From a virus (lineage: Duplodnaviria > Caudoviricetes): a stretch of 48,239 bases of DNA. This document shows, piece by piece, positions 7,449 to 17,974 of this stretch. Made by a program: the position numbers and the translations under genes. The stretch covers positions 1 through 48,239 of IMG/VR virus record IMGVR_UViG_3300020478_001108; one strand, 5' to 3'. The notes beneath the pieces are model-generated. The model was not told the DNA's origin, searched no databases, and saw only the letters and a list, made by a program, of their open reading frames with translations. Position 1 is the first letter of the stretch, and each line of letters opens with the position of its first letter.

Positions 7449-8322
7449 TTACTCTTTCCTCTATATAATCTAATAAATAATGTTTAGGTTTCCAACCCAA
7501 TATATCTCTGGCTGTTTTATCAGTGCAAAGTGTTTCTTTTACCTCACCTGGTCTTTCAGGTATGTATGTATATCCAACATCAAATGATTGAGCAACTACA
7601 TTGATTGAAAAATTCTCACCATATCCCAATTCAAATATTTTACCATTAGCCTTATCCATATTTTCTCCACACTTAACAAACCCATCAACAATATCTTCAA
7701 CATGAGTAAAATCTCTTCGTTGTTCTCCATCACCAGTAATAGTTAACTCTTCGTTGTTTTTATATTGTGTTTCAAATATACCAATGACCGTACAATACTC
7801 ACCATCTACTAATTGATGAGGCCCATATACATTATAAAATCTACATATTGATGTTCGAACATTGAATAACTTATTATACAACTTAACCAACTCTTCACCT
7901 TGCCACTTTGTAAATGTATATGGATTCTTATAATGTCCACCATGAACTGATGAAGAACCAGCATATACTACTGAACAATCTTTTTCTCTTGCCCATTCTA
8001 ATATATTCATAGTTCCTAATACATTACATTCAAATGTGCTTGCTGGATATTCAAATGATGGTTGAATTCTTGGTAATGCTGCCAAATGATAAATAATATC
8101 TGGACTATCCATAAAGAAATCAAAATTAACACAATCTCTAATATCTACATCGTAGTATTGACAACCTTTTTGTTCATTCTTCTCATCTCCTGTTGAATAG
8201 TTATCTAAACTAACAACTCTATGACCATCTTTCAATAACCTTTTAATTAGATTTGTTCCAACAAATCCTGCTCCACCTGTAACTAAGATATTCTGTTTGT
8301 TTTTTCCCAATTTTCTCTCCAT
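7435..8322 (-). CDS. NAD-dependent nucleotide-sugar epimerase/dehydratase
   Basis: ILVTGGAGFVG, HLAA, YTFTK (YxxxK), RFYNVYGP, RDFTHVED. Confidence 0.9.
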   Translation of the reverse strand: MERKLGKNKQNILVTGGAGFVGTNLIKRLLKDGHRVVSLDNYSTGDEKNEQKGCQYYDVDIRDCVNFDFFMDSPDIIYHLAALPRIQPSFEYPASTFECNVLGTMNILEWAREKDCSVVYAGSSSVHGGHYKNPYTFTKWQGEELVKLYNKLFNVRTSICRFYNVYGPHQLVDGEYCTVIGIFETQYKNNEELTITGDGEQRRDFTHVEDIVDGFVKCGENMDKANGKIFELGYGENFSINVVAQSFDVGYTYIPERPGEVKETLCTDKTARDILGWKPKHYLLDYIEERVNETN

Positions 8323-9200
8323 TTTTCCTCAGTATAATATTCTTCAAATCTCTTTCTTGATGTTTCACTACATATTTTATAAAATTCTTCACTCTCTTTT
8401 AGTTTCTTACCAAGTTCTTTTGCTTTATCCAATTCCCCAACTTTGACTGTTGTTAGTGGATGAAGTAATTCTTGTGTATCCAAACCCTCATATCCAATAC
8501 AGGGTATTCCATGAAATCCACAATTCATAGCAAATGTTCCAGCCGCATGTGTTCTCATTAAATGAACACCTATATTATATTGTGATAAACAATTTATCCA
8601 TTCTCTCCAACTCATATATGGTAAATACTGAATATCTTCTATTGCATCTTCTTGTTCTTGTTTTCTGCCCATTGATGGAGCAGATATAGGGTCTCCAATC
8701 TCTCTCGCCACCATATATGAATCAAATCCACCATACCAACTTACGAAATTACCACCTACCATCGTAGCATCTCCCCATTCGTTTCTTGGAATTAAACCAT
8801 CGGTAATCATCAAACTTCTCATCACCCTTACATCTTTACATCCTAAACCTAAATAATAACTGACGTCACTCTCGTTATGACAATAAACCCAATCTGCATC
8901 CATCAATGTATTATAATAATGAAATTGTTTATCTATCGAATAATCTTGAAAGAACCAATGTGGTCCTTCTTGCATAACTGCCACTTTATCACAACAACCT
9001 CTTATAAAATCCAAACTAACTCTTGGATTATTCTTTGGTATAATAACAATTCCTAAATCAAAGTGTTCTTGTGGTTGAACATCAAGTGCACACATTGGTG
9101 CATCCAATGCCAAACACCAACCAACCTCTGTTCTAGCGTTTGGAAAATCTCGTGGATATCTTTGGTTGTTTCCTGTTTCTGAAAAGAATGCTACTTTCAT
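8283..9200 (-). CDS. Putative GT-B fold glycosyltransferase
   Basis: C-terminal AAGTFAMNCGFHGIPCIG resembles the GT-B donor-binding motif; glycan-island context. Confidence 0.55.
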   Translation of the reverse strand: MKVAFFSETGNNQRYPRDFPNARTEVGWCLALDAPMCALDVQPQEHFDLGIVIIPKNNPRVSLDFIRGCCDKVAVMQEGPHWFFQDYSIDKQFHYYNTLMDADWVYCHNESDVSYYLGLGCKDVRVMRSLMITDGLIPRNEWGDATMVGGNFVSWYGGFDSYMVAREIGDPISAPSMGRKQEQEDAIEDIQYLPYMSWREWINCLSQYNIGVHLMRTHAAGTFAMNCGFHGIPCIGYEGLDTQELLHPLTTVKVGELDKAKELGKKLKESEEFYKICSETSRKRFEEYYTEEKWRENWEKTNRIS

Positions 9201-9868
9201 TTTATCTCTGATATTGTAACGAATTGTAAATCATATTGTGATAATAAATATTCAATAACTTTTTCAAAATGTAAATAATTTTCTTCTTTCCACACATTAT
9301 CATTGTGTGTTCCGTTGATGTGTGATTGAAACATAAATGTATTACCATATAAACTCAAACTATCTGGCTCATTTATCCCATCACATCCCTCGAAGAAATG
9401 ACATCCCCAATTTATACCTTTATTTATTTCACTATGTCCAGCAACCCAATCAAAATAACTACTAATTGCATCTGCACTTTGTTGGTTCACTCCCCAACCT
9501 GGTGCTCTGAATCCTTTTGGTTTATAACCACAACTCTCCCACAAATTAAGTGAATCTTGTATTCTTTGATTTGCTTCACCATGTTGTAACTCAAAGAATT
9601 CCATCTCACCTATTCCTTCAGTATGACAAGCGTGATAATGACCATGATTACTCATCTCTACCCAATCGTATTGTTTCCAAAAATCTATGAAATCTTTACT
9701 GATAGGGAAATGTCCATGATAATTACTTGGAATAAATAAATTAAATTTACACCCAAATTTTTCATTAAGTGATTTAAGATATTCTATTTGAACATCTCCT
9801 TCAACTCCCCAATCCTTTTCTGGATGAACATCATCTATTGCTATTACTACATTAGTATTTTCCATCAT
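9197..9868 (-). CDS. Polysaccharide deacetylase-like (NodB/DUF2334) protein
   Basis: IAIDDVHP, NHGHYH, GFRAPGW. Confidence 0.8.
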   Translation of the reverse strand: MMENTNVVIAIDDVHPEKDWGVEGDVQIEYLKSLNEKFGCKFNLFIPSNYHGHFPISKDFIDFWKQYDWVEMSNHGHYHACHTEGIGEMEFFELQHGEANQRIQDSLNLWESCGYKPKGFRAPGWGVNQQSADAISSYFDWVAGHSEINKGINWGCHFFEGCDGINEPDSLSLYGNTFMFQSHINGTHNDNVWKEENYLHFEKVIEYLLSQYDLQFVTISEIK

Positions 9869-10052
9869 TTATCCTATTCCAAATCCTTTCGTGGAAATAA
9901 AAAAATATCATTCCTGTTACATTCATAATCACTGCGTTCCAAAATGGTAATTCAGTCAATCCTAATGTCAATATCATCCATGAATTACTGAAGGCGATTA
10001 ATCTCCAACTTATAGATTTCTTTGTTGAACGACCTCTTGTTTCTTTAAACAT
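9852..10052 (-). CDS. DUF2061-family small membrane protein
   Basis: ETRGRSTKKSISWRLIA...YFHERIWNRI signature. Confidence 0.75.
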   Translation of the reverse strand: MFKETRGRSTKKSISWRLIAFSNSWMILTLGLTELPFWNAVIMNVTGMIFFYFHERIWNRINDGKY

Positions 10053-10439
10053 TTACCATCCTTCTTCAAATGGATATTTTTCTGAATTCGGTTTACTATC
10101 TTTACTATTAACATAAACCCATTTTACATCAGGTAATATCTCGTTTCTTATTTGTATTCTTTGGTCGGCGTATGGACAGATTGATGCAATAACTACATTC
10201 TTACCTTGTATCCACAATAACCTTGCTATTTTAGCCAACCTATCATTTTGTGTTCTTCTATCCTCTTCTGTAAATCCTAACTCTGGCCATATTTCTCTTA
10301 AATCATCCGCATCCAATATTACTTTATTTGGAACATCAAACTTTAATGCAATATTTGTTTTTCCACTACCACTATTGCCATGAAACCACCATACTTGACC
10401 TGGTCTATCATCAGGAATTACTCTATGAATCGCTCCCAT
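10053..10439 (-). CDS. cysC: Adenylylsulfate kinase-like protein (shortened C-terminus)
   Basis: WFHGNSGSGKT P-loop, LDADDLR, LGFTEEDR, ICPY; probable start 10439 after AAGGAG. Confidence 0.75.
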   Translation of the reverse strand: MGAIHRVIPDDRPGQVWWFHGNSGSGKTNIALKFDVPNKVILDADDLREIWPELGFTEEDRRTQNDRLAKIARLLWIQGKNVVIASICPYADQRIQIRNEILPDVKWVYVNSKDSKPNSEKYPFEEGW

Positions 10440-11433
10440 TTTTATACTCCTTAAATACATCATCCCAAGAATATGTATATCCTTGTTCTGTTAAATTAAA
10501 TGCGTTCATTTGGGACATCTTATCAGCATTTCTAAACCAATATTGTTTCTTTCTCATCTCTGTCATATCACCATCTTGTATATCTTGCCCCTCGATATAC
10601 ATTCTTTTATTAGGTAGTTTCCTATTATGAACCAATAAAATATTCTTTATAATATATTGTGGTAATTGATTTCTAAAGTGTATCAAACAATTATTCATAA
10701 ATGCAGTATCTTCGTGAACAAAAAATACACTCTTTGGTATATTACAACCACTCTTAACTACATCCGATGAAATCACTAAACCACAACCATTAAATTTTAA
10801 TTGTGTTGTTTGTTGTATATCTAAATCTTCTACCTTATCATTTATCTTATCCATTTCTTCTTGATTCATATTATATCGTAAACTCCACCAATTCTCTGTA
10901 TCCATTTCGATAAATGGTTTATCTGTAAAATCAGGATGTTCTAATATCTTCCAAGTCTCATCCCACATTTTACAAGTGCTGAAGAATCCAACATATTTCA
11001 TAACATTATTATTTATAGAAGCACTATGTAGATTATCTATTATTTGAAATGTTTGTCTTGGTATCAATGAATCACTTTCACCCCACATTAAAATATCAAC
11101 CTTATCACAATACTTTTCATTGAACTCTCTACGATAATCTGCAATTGTAAATAACCTATCTTTATTAATCCAATAATTAATATTTAAATATCCTAAGTTA
11201 TCGTAAACTATCGATTGCATCTTTGTCTCTATTTCTTCTGGAAGTATCTTACTTCTATCTAACTTCTCTAACTCTTCATTCATATTCAAACAGATATCAA
11301 TTTGAAGATAGTTGTTAGTGTTATCTATATTTTCTTTAGCATACTTAACACTCTTGATATAATCTTCTACTATATCAAGTTCATAAAATTGAACTAAACA
11401 ACCTATTGCTATTTTATTCTTTAATGTTACCAT
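10423..11433 (-). CDS. Putative GT-A fold glycosyltransferase
   Basis: WGESDSL (DxD-like) and HEDTAF motifs; probable start M28 after GGAG (ORF track start 11514). Confidence 0.55.
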   Translation of the reverse strand: MVTLKNKIAIGCLVQFYELDIVEDYIKSVKYAKENIDNTNNYLQIDICLNMNEELEKLDRSKILPEEIETKMQSIVYDNLGYLNINYWINKDRLFTIADYRREFNEKYCDKVDILMWGESDSLIPRQTFQIIDNLHSASINNNVMKYVGFFSTCKMWDETWKILEHPDFTDKPFIEMDTENWWSLRYNMNQEEMDKINDKVEDLDIQQTTQLKFNGCGLVISSDVVKSGCNIPKSVFFVHEDTAFMNNCLIHFRNQLPQYIIKNILLVHNRKLPNKRMYIEGQDIQDGDMTEMRKKQYWFRNADKMSQMNAFNLTEQGYTYSWDDVFKEYKNGSDS

Positions 11434-12151
11434 GTAAAAACTCCATATATTTCTCCATTGCATCAGAAACAAAACCCATTTCTTTTCCATCCAACCCATT
11501 AAAATGATATACAAATCCTAATTGTGTAGCCAGAAACCCATCTAAACATTCTTTCTGTTTCATATTAGTCATATTCCATTGGTATGGTAATATATTATAA
11601 TCAATGTTGTGTTTTCTTATCATCAAATTCCATAAGGCCTGTTCTTTACCTAAACCATATCTCTCACTCATCTGTATTATAACTTCTTTATTTTCTGTAA
11701 ACAACTTTAACATTTCATCGTAAAATGGTTTATGTTTTTTATTTAATATTTGAAACCCACTATTACCATATTCATAAAAAGGAAATGTTAATCCATCAAA
11801 TAATTCATTTCCATACCACTCCATTCCCCTTATTATCCAATCATAACTACCATTATCATGAACAAAGTGTAATCTATCATCGACATGTTCAAATATATTT
11901 GGTGCATTTGGATGAACAAGTGTATCAGCATCTACTGTCAATACTTTATCATATTCTATTCCACTATTTTCAAGTAAATGAAACAGATAATATCTCTGAT
12001 AGTTATAAAACATTTCGGACTTCGGAACGATAGGTTCATCTAAAAACATTAACTTAACATTGTGTTTATCACACCAATATTGCCAAGATTTGGCACAAGT
12101 TTTATATTCTCTTCTATTACCTATTGCAACTATAAAAACTACATTACTCAT
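11414..12151 (-). CDS. GT8/GT34-like glycosyltransferase
   Basis: VDADTLV, NSGF, EQALWN, WN, YHFNG. Confidence 0.75.
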   Translation of the reverse strand: MSNVVFIVAIGNRREYKTCAKSWQYWCDKHNVKLMFLDEPIVPKSEMFYNYQRYYLFHLLENSGIEYDKVLTVDADTLVHPNAPNIFEHVDDRLHFVHDNGSYDWIIRGMEWYGNELFDGLTFPFYEYGNSGFQILNKKHKPFYDEMLKLFTENKEVIIQMSERYGLGKEQALWNLMIRKHNIDYNILPYQWNMTNMKQKECLDGFLATQLGFVYHFNGLDGKEMGFVSDAMEKYMEFLHGNIKE

Positions 12152-12944
12152 AAAACCCCCAAGCCCATTCCATTATTCTTTCTCTATGTTCTATTGGAAA
12201 ACCTGTAAAATGTGTTATATTACCATATTTAACAAAGTGTGGTGTATTGTCATGATTACTATTACATTCCAAAGGATTATTTGGATTACAATTAGTCCAA
12301 TCATTCTTTGGTTCATCTACTTGCCAATTGTGTTGTATCATTTCTGTTTTAACAGGATTAATTATATTCCAAACAAGTGGGATTAAATTTAATTTATATT
12401 TATTAGTTTGTAATATAAAATTAAATAAAGTTTGTTCTTTACCACCACCTTTATTCCAATTATCAAGTTTATCTTGATTCTCTAAATAAAACTCTCGTAA
12501 CTTATCATACACCGATAAAGATTTATTATCTAAAAAAACTACACCAGCATTAACATATGTTGCCAAATCCATACTAACATCTCTAAAGAACTCCATTCCA
12601 TAGTTTCCTATACTTTCATAAATCCACCTAAGATTACTATCATCATGAACTGCACTAATTCCATCTTCAAGTGTTTCAAATATGTTTGGTGCATTTGGAT
12701 TAATTATAGTATCACAATCTACTATTCCTATTTTATCATAATCCTTTCCAACTTCTGTAACATCTAACTTATTCCATATTGGAAATCCATACTTTTCATT
12801 ATGTTCTGTAACTATATGTAAATCTACATTATTTTTCTTACACCATTTTTCCCAAGATAACTGAGAGTATTTTACAAACTTAGAGTGTTTATAATTTGAT
12901 TTACCATGGTCAATTGCTACCATATAAATTAAATTCTTATTCAT
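12144..12944 (-). CDS. GT8/GT34-like glycosyltransferase (paralog of neighbour)
   Basis: VDCDTIINPNAPNIFE, NAGV, EQTLFN, THFTG. Confidence 0.75.
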   Translation of the reverse strand: MNKNLIYMVAIDHGKSNYKHSKFVKYSQLSWEKWCKKNNVDLHIVTEHNEKYGFPIWNKLDVTEVGKDYDKIGIVDCDTIINPNAPNIFETLEDGISAVHDDSNLRWIYESIGNYGMEFFRDVSMDLATYVNAGVVFLDNKSLSVYDKLREFYLENQDKLDNWNKGGGKEQTLFNFILQTNKYKLNLIPLVWNIINPVKTEMIQHNWQVDEPKNDWTNCNPNNPLECNSNHDNTPHFVKYGNITHFTGFPIEHRERIMEWAWGFYE

Positions 12945-13734
12945 ATGAATAACTCCTCTTATTTGATGTTAATCCACCTTTATCTTGATAACCCCAATTC
13001 TTATTGAGTTTACCAGAACTCCAATTTCTACCAATATCCTTAACTACATCGGATTGAAGAACTTTATTATTTATAAAACAAATTCCTCGTTTATTAGCTC
13101 TTATTAATTTACGATGAAAATTATCATTTGAATCAGGTTCTGGGTCTATCCAAATGTGTTCCTTAAATATTTCAATCTTTCTAATTTCTTCAGGGTCTCT
13201 CTTATTATCTCTATCCCAATTACAATTATCAAACTTTTCAAATACATCACCCTTAATTATATCAGGATTACCACCCATATTAACTTTATCTTGATGTAAT
13301 GTTAATACCTTTAATTCATCATCACCCTCAAACTTTTCTATTAATAACTTAAATTTAGTTTCGTCAGTTAAAATCCAGTCATCCTCTAACCACATTACAC
13401 TATAATTATCTGAACTAACTTGTTGTGTTATAACATCCTCTTTAACAAAATGAAATAGATTATTAAATGCCTGATAAAAACATGCCTTACCCAACCCTAA
13501 AAAGGCATCTGTATTTTTCAGTTCCTTTTTCTTAAACTTCATCACCTCATCAATAGTTTTATTATAATCTTCAAACTCGTGAGTTTTACTCTTTGGATTA
13601 TCTAAATTTATAAACCACCTTACTTGTTTATATTGTGGTAAACTATCTAACACTTTCATAAATTTAAATAAACCCTTTTTATGTAAATCACTTCGGGGTA
13701 TAGATGCAGTTTGAACATATAGTACAGCTTTCAT
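12937..13734 (-). CDS. Putative GT-A fold glycosyltransferase
   Basis: VMWLEDDW and DIGR motifs; island context. Confidence 0.55.
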   Translation of the reverse strand: MKAVLYVQTASIPRSDLHKKGLFKFMKVLDSLPQYKQVRWFINLDNPKSKTHEFEDYNKTIDEVMKFKKKELKNTDAFLGLGKACFYQAFNNLFHFVKEDVITQQVSSDNYSVMWLEDDWILTDETKFKLLIEKFEGDDELKVLTLHQDKVNMGGNPDIIKGDVFEKFDNCNWDRDNKRDPEEIRKIEIFKEHIWIDPEPDSNDNFHRKLIRANKRGICFINNKVLQSDVVKDIGRNWSSGKLNKNWGYQDKGGLTSNKRSYSYE

Positions 13735-13910
13735 GATTCTCCTCGTGTCTCTTCTTTTAAAATTTTCTTATAGTAATATTCCTCAGCATCTTTAACCAAA
13801 ATATCAAACTCATCACCAGTAAGTATCAGCGGTTTCCCTTGAAGTGATTGTATATTATAGTGTGTTAGTATAAAATCTATTATTGTTGAATCTATGGGCG
13901 ATGTTTTCAT
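13731..13910 (-). CDS. Small hypothetical protein, 59 aa (not in ORF track)
   Basis: MKTSPIDSTIIDFILTHYNIQSLQGKPLILTGDEFDILVKDAEEYYYKKILKEETRGES; ATGA overlaps at both ends. Confidence 0.7.
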   Translation of the reverse strand: MKTSPIDSTIIDFILTHYNIQSLQGKPLILTGDEFDILVKDAEEYYYKKILKEETRGES

Positions 13911-14917
13911 CCTAATACCTCATCAAGAACTGGTTTCAATCTATCAATATCCAATTGAGCTATATTACTTTGTATTGTAGTGAAATAATAATCTGTATGA
14001 CCGTTGTATGTACTTGTTCCCCATTTATCACTACACCATTCTCCAATTTCTTGTTTAAATACTTTATCAAAATCTCTATAATATATCTCTAACATTTCAT
14101 TCATATAATCATTTGTTGACCTACGAAATAATTCATTTCCACATAATCCCTTATCACCCCAAGTATAAAGTTCATCTCTACCATTCTTAGTTAACCAAGT
14201 CCAATATAAAGCATATTCTGACCATGAATGGTTCACATCAGTAGTATATTTTAACAATACTTCTTTCCAAGTTTTGTTATAGGATGATTCAATATAACTT
14301 AACATATTATTCATTTCAGATTTTAAAAGTATTTGTGGTGTAACACCCATTATACTCCTGAATCTCATTTCATCTCTCTTATCATCTGGTGTATCTAAAA
14401 TGGCCGTAGCATATTGAAAGAACTCTGGTTTCTGTGGTCGTGTGAAATCTAATACTTTAGCTAATAATAATTTACCATCATGAAACATCTCATTATAACC
14501 AAACTCTTTTGTTAGGATAACATCAGCATCAAGTGTTATATTATGTTCTGTAGTTGAATGTGATGTAAGTGCTAATTTAATAAACTCTTGTTTAATATGT
14601 GTTCTCCAAGATGGAACTATATGTTCCCATAAATCTGGATTACTTACATCTTCAACAAGGTCATCTTCATTTATAAATACAAATGGAAAATCATAAGATT
14701 TTAATTTCTCTTTAATCAATTCCAATTCATTAGGAACACACACTATATAAAAATTATCTAAATCTTCTTTAACTAAAAACTTTTCAAATGTTCTGAGTTG
14801 TATATCAATAACTCTTTCTAAATTACTTTTAGTGTTAAGAACTTTATCAGCATGACCTATAAAATTATAACTTGTATCCAATTTAATTGGTAATATAAAA
14901 CTAAACTTATTGTCCAT
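13907..14917 (-). CDS. DUF6492-like / GT-A fold protein
   Basis: QEFIKL, LDADVIL, MGVTPQIL, WSEYALY. Confidence 0.6.
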   Translation of the reverse strand: MDNKFSFILPIKLDTSYNFIGHADKVLNTKSNLERVIDIQLRTFEKFLVKEDLDNFYIVCVPNELELIKEKLKSYDFPFVFINEDDLVEDVSNPDLWEHIVPSWRTHIKQEFIKLALTSHSTTEHNITLDADVILTKEFGYNEMFHDGKLLLAKVLDFTRPQKPEFFQYATAILDTPDDKRDEMRFRSIMGVTPQILLKSEMNNMLSYIESSYNKTWKEVLLKYTTDVNHSWSEYALYWTWLTKNGRDELYTWGDKGLCGNELFRRSTNDYMNEMLEIYYRDFDKVFKQEIGEWCSDKWGTSTYNGHTDYYFTTIQSNIAQLDIDRLKPVLDEVLG

Positions 14918-15710
14918 CTAAATATTCCTTATATAACTTTACACCCTCTTCAATTTTCTTTGGATTCCAATCTGGTAAAAATTTCTTAGGATTTGCACAA
15001 GTATAATCTTGATATCCTATTGGTTTTTGGTCAACCGAACCATATTCATATTTTCTACCGAACAATTTACATATAATATCATATGGTATAGCCTCACCAG
15101 TACCAACATCATAAACACCACTTATATCATTTTCCATAGAGTAAATACAAGCATCAACCACATCTTCAACATAAACAAAATCTCTTTGTGGACTTAAATT
15201 ATTATAATCATTAGGAAATATACTAAAAGTTTCTGAATGGTAAATATGATATGGTATAGAACTCATTAACTCTTTATGTTCTTCACCTGGACCATATACA
15301 TTAAAGAATCTTAAACCTACAAAATCATGTAACATTTCTTTACCGATAGCTTCGGCACAATACTTTGACCAAGAATAATAATTTGTAGGATATTGTTCAT
15401 TACCATATATAGCTGAACTTGATGCAAACACAACTTTTTTATTATGTTTCTTAGCCAACTCAAATAATTCAACACTTCTCATTACATTGTTACCAAACAC
15501 AACATTTACATCATCCTCTCTTGTATCTGCACAAGCACCAATATGAAATATACCAGCAATTTTTGGTATTAATGCACTTATAGTATCTTCACTATATGAA
15601 TCAAATCTTTCCCAACCAATAATATTTTCTTTACCTAATCTTCTAACTAAACGATTTCCTATAAAGCCTTCATGGCCTGTGATTATATATTTCTCAGGTT
15701 GTTGGTTCAT
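14907..15710 (-). CDS. NAD-dependent epimerase, ADP-L-glycero-D-manno-heptose 6-epimerase-like
   Basis: IITGHEGFIG, FHIGACADT, ASSSAIYG, YSWSK, RFFNVYGPGEEHK, RDFVYVED, YQDYTCA. Confidence 0.75.
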   Translation of the reverse strand: MNQQPEKYIITGHEGFIGNRLVRRLGKENIIGWERFDSYSEDTISALIPKIAGIFHIGACADTREDDVNVVFGNNVMRSVELFELAKKHNKKVVFASSSAIYGNEQYPTNYYSWSKYCAEAIGKEMLHDFVGLRFFNVYGPGEEHKELMSSIPYHIYHSETFSIFPNDYNNLSPQRDFVYVEDVVDACIYSMENDISGVYDVGTGEAIPYDIICKLFGRKYEYGSVDQKPIGYQDYTCANPKKFLPDWNPKKIEEGVKLYKEYLDGQ

Positions 15711-16374
15711 ACTTATGTCCTTCTAATTTAAAATTAATAAATGGATTTAATGAATGTATGTTACACCCATAAACTTCTTTAACTCTATCCCTAACCATCT
15801 TAGTGTTCTTTGATGTAAGAAATAACCAATGTTCTATCCCATCCCAATTCTCACTATCTGGCCATTGTGGTTGAACATATCCTTTATGATATAAATTACC
15901 ATCAATCTTACCTTCATCCTTACCACATATCATTATGTTTTTTGCTCCCATATAAGCTGCAATTTGAATACAAGTATTTAATGTAGTTCTAATACAAACC
16001 ATTTTATCTGTTCCAATACATTCAATTTTTATATTATCATCATCATGATGACTTCCACTCTCAAACACATAAAAATTATCAGCATCATCAACTACATTTG
16101 GAACACCATGACCTTGATGTAAACTACTATATAAAAATTTTATTGTTGGATGATTCTTTAAATCTACTAAAGTTTCATCCCATCTTTCTTTAACTTGTAA
16201 ATCCCTACCAACTACATACTGACAAGGAAAATGTTCATACATTTGATTCACACTTATACAAATCTTATTTTCAAAAAATGATGGGTCTACATAATCCATA
16301 GAAGAACCAGCACCAATAACCCAAATATCCTCACCTTTATGAATATTTTTTAATTCATTTATCTTTTTGTTCAT
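15694..16374 (-). CDS. DUF115 / Maf-like (MptE-like fold) putative ulosonic-acid transferase
   Basis: LKNIHKGEDIWVIGAGSSM and AAYMGAKNIMICGKD; probable start M15. Confidence 0.7.
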   Translation of the reverse strand: MNKKINELKNIHKGEDIWVIGAGSSMDYVDPSFFENKICISVNQMYEHFPCQYVVGRDLQVKERWDETLVDLKNHPTIKFLYSSLHQGHGVPNVVDDADNFYVFESGSHHDDDNIKIECIGTDKMVCIRTTLNTCIQIAAYMGAKNIMICGKDEGKIDGNLYHKGYVQPQWPDSENWDGIEHWLFLTSKNTKMVRDRVKEVYGCNIHSLNPFINFKLEGHKYEPTT

Positions 16375-17320
16375 CCCAATAATCAATCCAAGATTTGAAT
16401 TGAACTCCTTTATCATCTATATACTTAACTGCTCTTGGTTTCTCGGCAGTAACTTTAGTTACAAATTGTGCCATATCATGTTCCTCTAACCATTCCCAAA
16501 CTAATTGTGTTCCTGTTTTACCATTAACTAATCCTCTATCTGGTTTAGATTTACAAGTGAATATAACAACATCATATTTCTCTGATAATCTTTTTAATGA
16601 TGTTCTGGCACCATCTACTGGTTCATCATATATAGTTCCATCATAATAACCCTTAGAACTCTTATGTATAACACCATCAAAATCTACAGCAATATTTCGA
16701 GTTTCATCTTTAAAACTATGTTTTCTAATTTCTCTCGGACTATTATAATGAGCTATATCTTCTGGTCTATTACCACCAATTGGCGGGCAAACCTTTCCAC
16801 TACCATGTGTTAACTCATATTGTAATAATAATGATAATACTTCAATCGTATGATAATACTCACAATCAGCTACAACCTCTGTTAAATTTGGTATTTTATC
16901 TACAAGTGGTTTGGCAGTAACACAAGCCATTGGTAAATCATTTGAATAACTCCATTGAAATGCTTTAATTAAATCTCTTGATGTTCCTGAAGATGAAAAC
17001 CCTAACACTAAACTTCTCTTAATTTGTTCTGGTGTTTTAGTAGAAGTTACCATCTTTAACCATTGATGCATCCAATGGTCAAAATCAGTATCGTTGATTA
17101 GTGATGTTACGACTGTAGCACTATCTGGACACATAGCATTTTTAGTCCCATTACTCAATCTTGTTATATCAATAGCGGCATGTGATGCAACTGCTAAGTT
17201 CCCACCATGTCCTAAAACATATATGTCATCTGCGTTATTAAACTTTTCTTGTAGTTCTTTCCACTCATCTGAACTAACTACTTTATGGAACAATTGTTCT
17301 ATATTTTCTATGTTTAACAT
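16355..17320 (-). CDS. SIS-domain phosphosugar isomerase (GmhA-like) fused to a HAD phosphatase
   Basis: GHGGNLAVASHAAID and FSSSGTS (SIS); AVDFDGVIH...KP...YIDD (HAD). Confidence 0.75.
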   Translation of the reverse strand: MLNIENIEQLFHKVVSSDEWKELQEKFNNADDIYVLGHGGNLAVASHAAIDITRLSNGTKNAMCPDSATVVTSLINDTDFDHWMHQWLKMVTSTKTPEQIKRSLVLGFSSSGTSRDLIKAFQWSYSNDLPMACVTAKPLVDKIPNLTEVVADCEYYHTIEVLSLLLQYELTHGSGKVCPPIGGNRPEDIAHYNSPREIRKHSFKDETRNIAVDFDGVIHKSSKGYYDGTIYDEPVDGARTSLKRLSEKYDVVIFTCKSKPDRGLVNGKTGTQLVWEWLEEHDMAQFVTKVTAEKPRAVKYIDDKGVQFKSWIDYWDEQKDK

Positions 17321-17329
17321 TCTTTCTCC

Positions 17330-17974
17330 CTAAATATAATATTTGTCGTAAATAGCTTCAGCAACTGTCCAATCAAATTCAGTATCTATATCTACCGATT
17401 GAATTTCATCCAACTCAATAAAACCTGGATGTTCACCTACAACTCTTTTCTTATTTTTCATTATCTCTCTATCAACTATTGTAATACCATAAGTTAATTT
17501 AAATATATCTGGTAAATCTTGTGAATTAGGAACTTTATCTAAATCATAATTCAATGGTTGTGTATCTCTCCACAAATGATTCTTAACAGATTGTATTGAA
17601 GTAACACTATCAAACCCACCACAATAATAATCTATTGCATCTTGATGTGAATCTACTGAAACAAATGGTGAACAAACTGGAGCTAAAAATATTACATCAC
17701 TTTTAGTTACCTCTCCAATGTGTCCATGAAATTCAGTATTAGTTGCTTTAGAACTCGCAAAATACTCATCTCTCTTGTGTGTTTTAACATCATGTATTCT
17801 ACCTATTTCTAACATCTCATCACAATCTGAATTAACAACTATTTCATCTATACCATCAACTTGTTTTAATATATCTAATTTCATTTCAAGTAAATTAGAT
17901 TTACCAAATGGTTTAATGTTTTTATTTGGAACTCGTTGTGAACCCTTTCTTACTGCAACAACTGCTGTTATCAT
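17330..17974 (-). CDS. neuA: Acylneuraminate/ulosonate cytidylyltransferase family protein
   Basis: VRKGSQRVPNKNIKPF, SPF, SQDLP, VDIDTEFD. Confidence 0.85.
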   Translation of the reverse strand: MITAVVAVRKGSQRVPNKNIKPFGKSNLLEMKLDILKQVDGIDEIVVNSDCDEMLEIGRIHDVKTHKRDEYFASSKATNTEFHGHIGEVTKSDVIFLAPVCSPFVSVDSHQDAIDYYCGGFDSVTSIQSVKNHLWRDTQPLNYDLDKVPNSQDLPDIFKLTYGITIVDREIMKNKKRVVGEHPGFIELDEIQSVDIDTEFDWTVAEAIYDKYYI

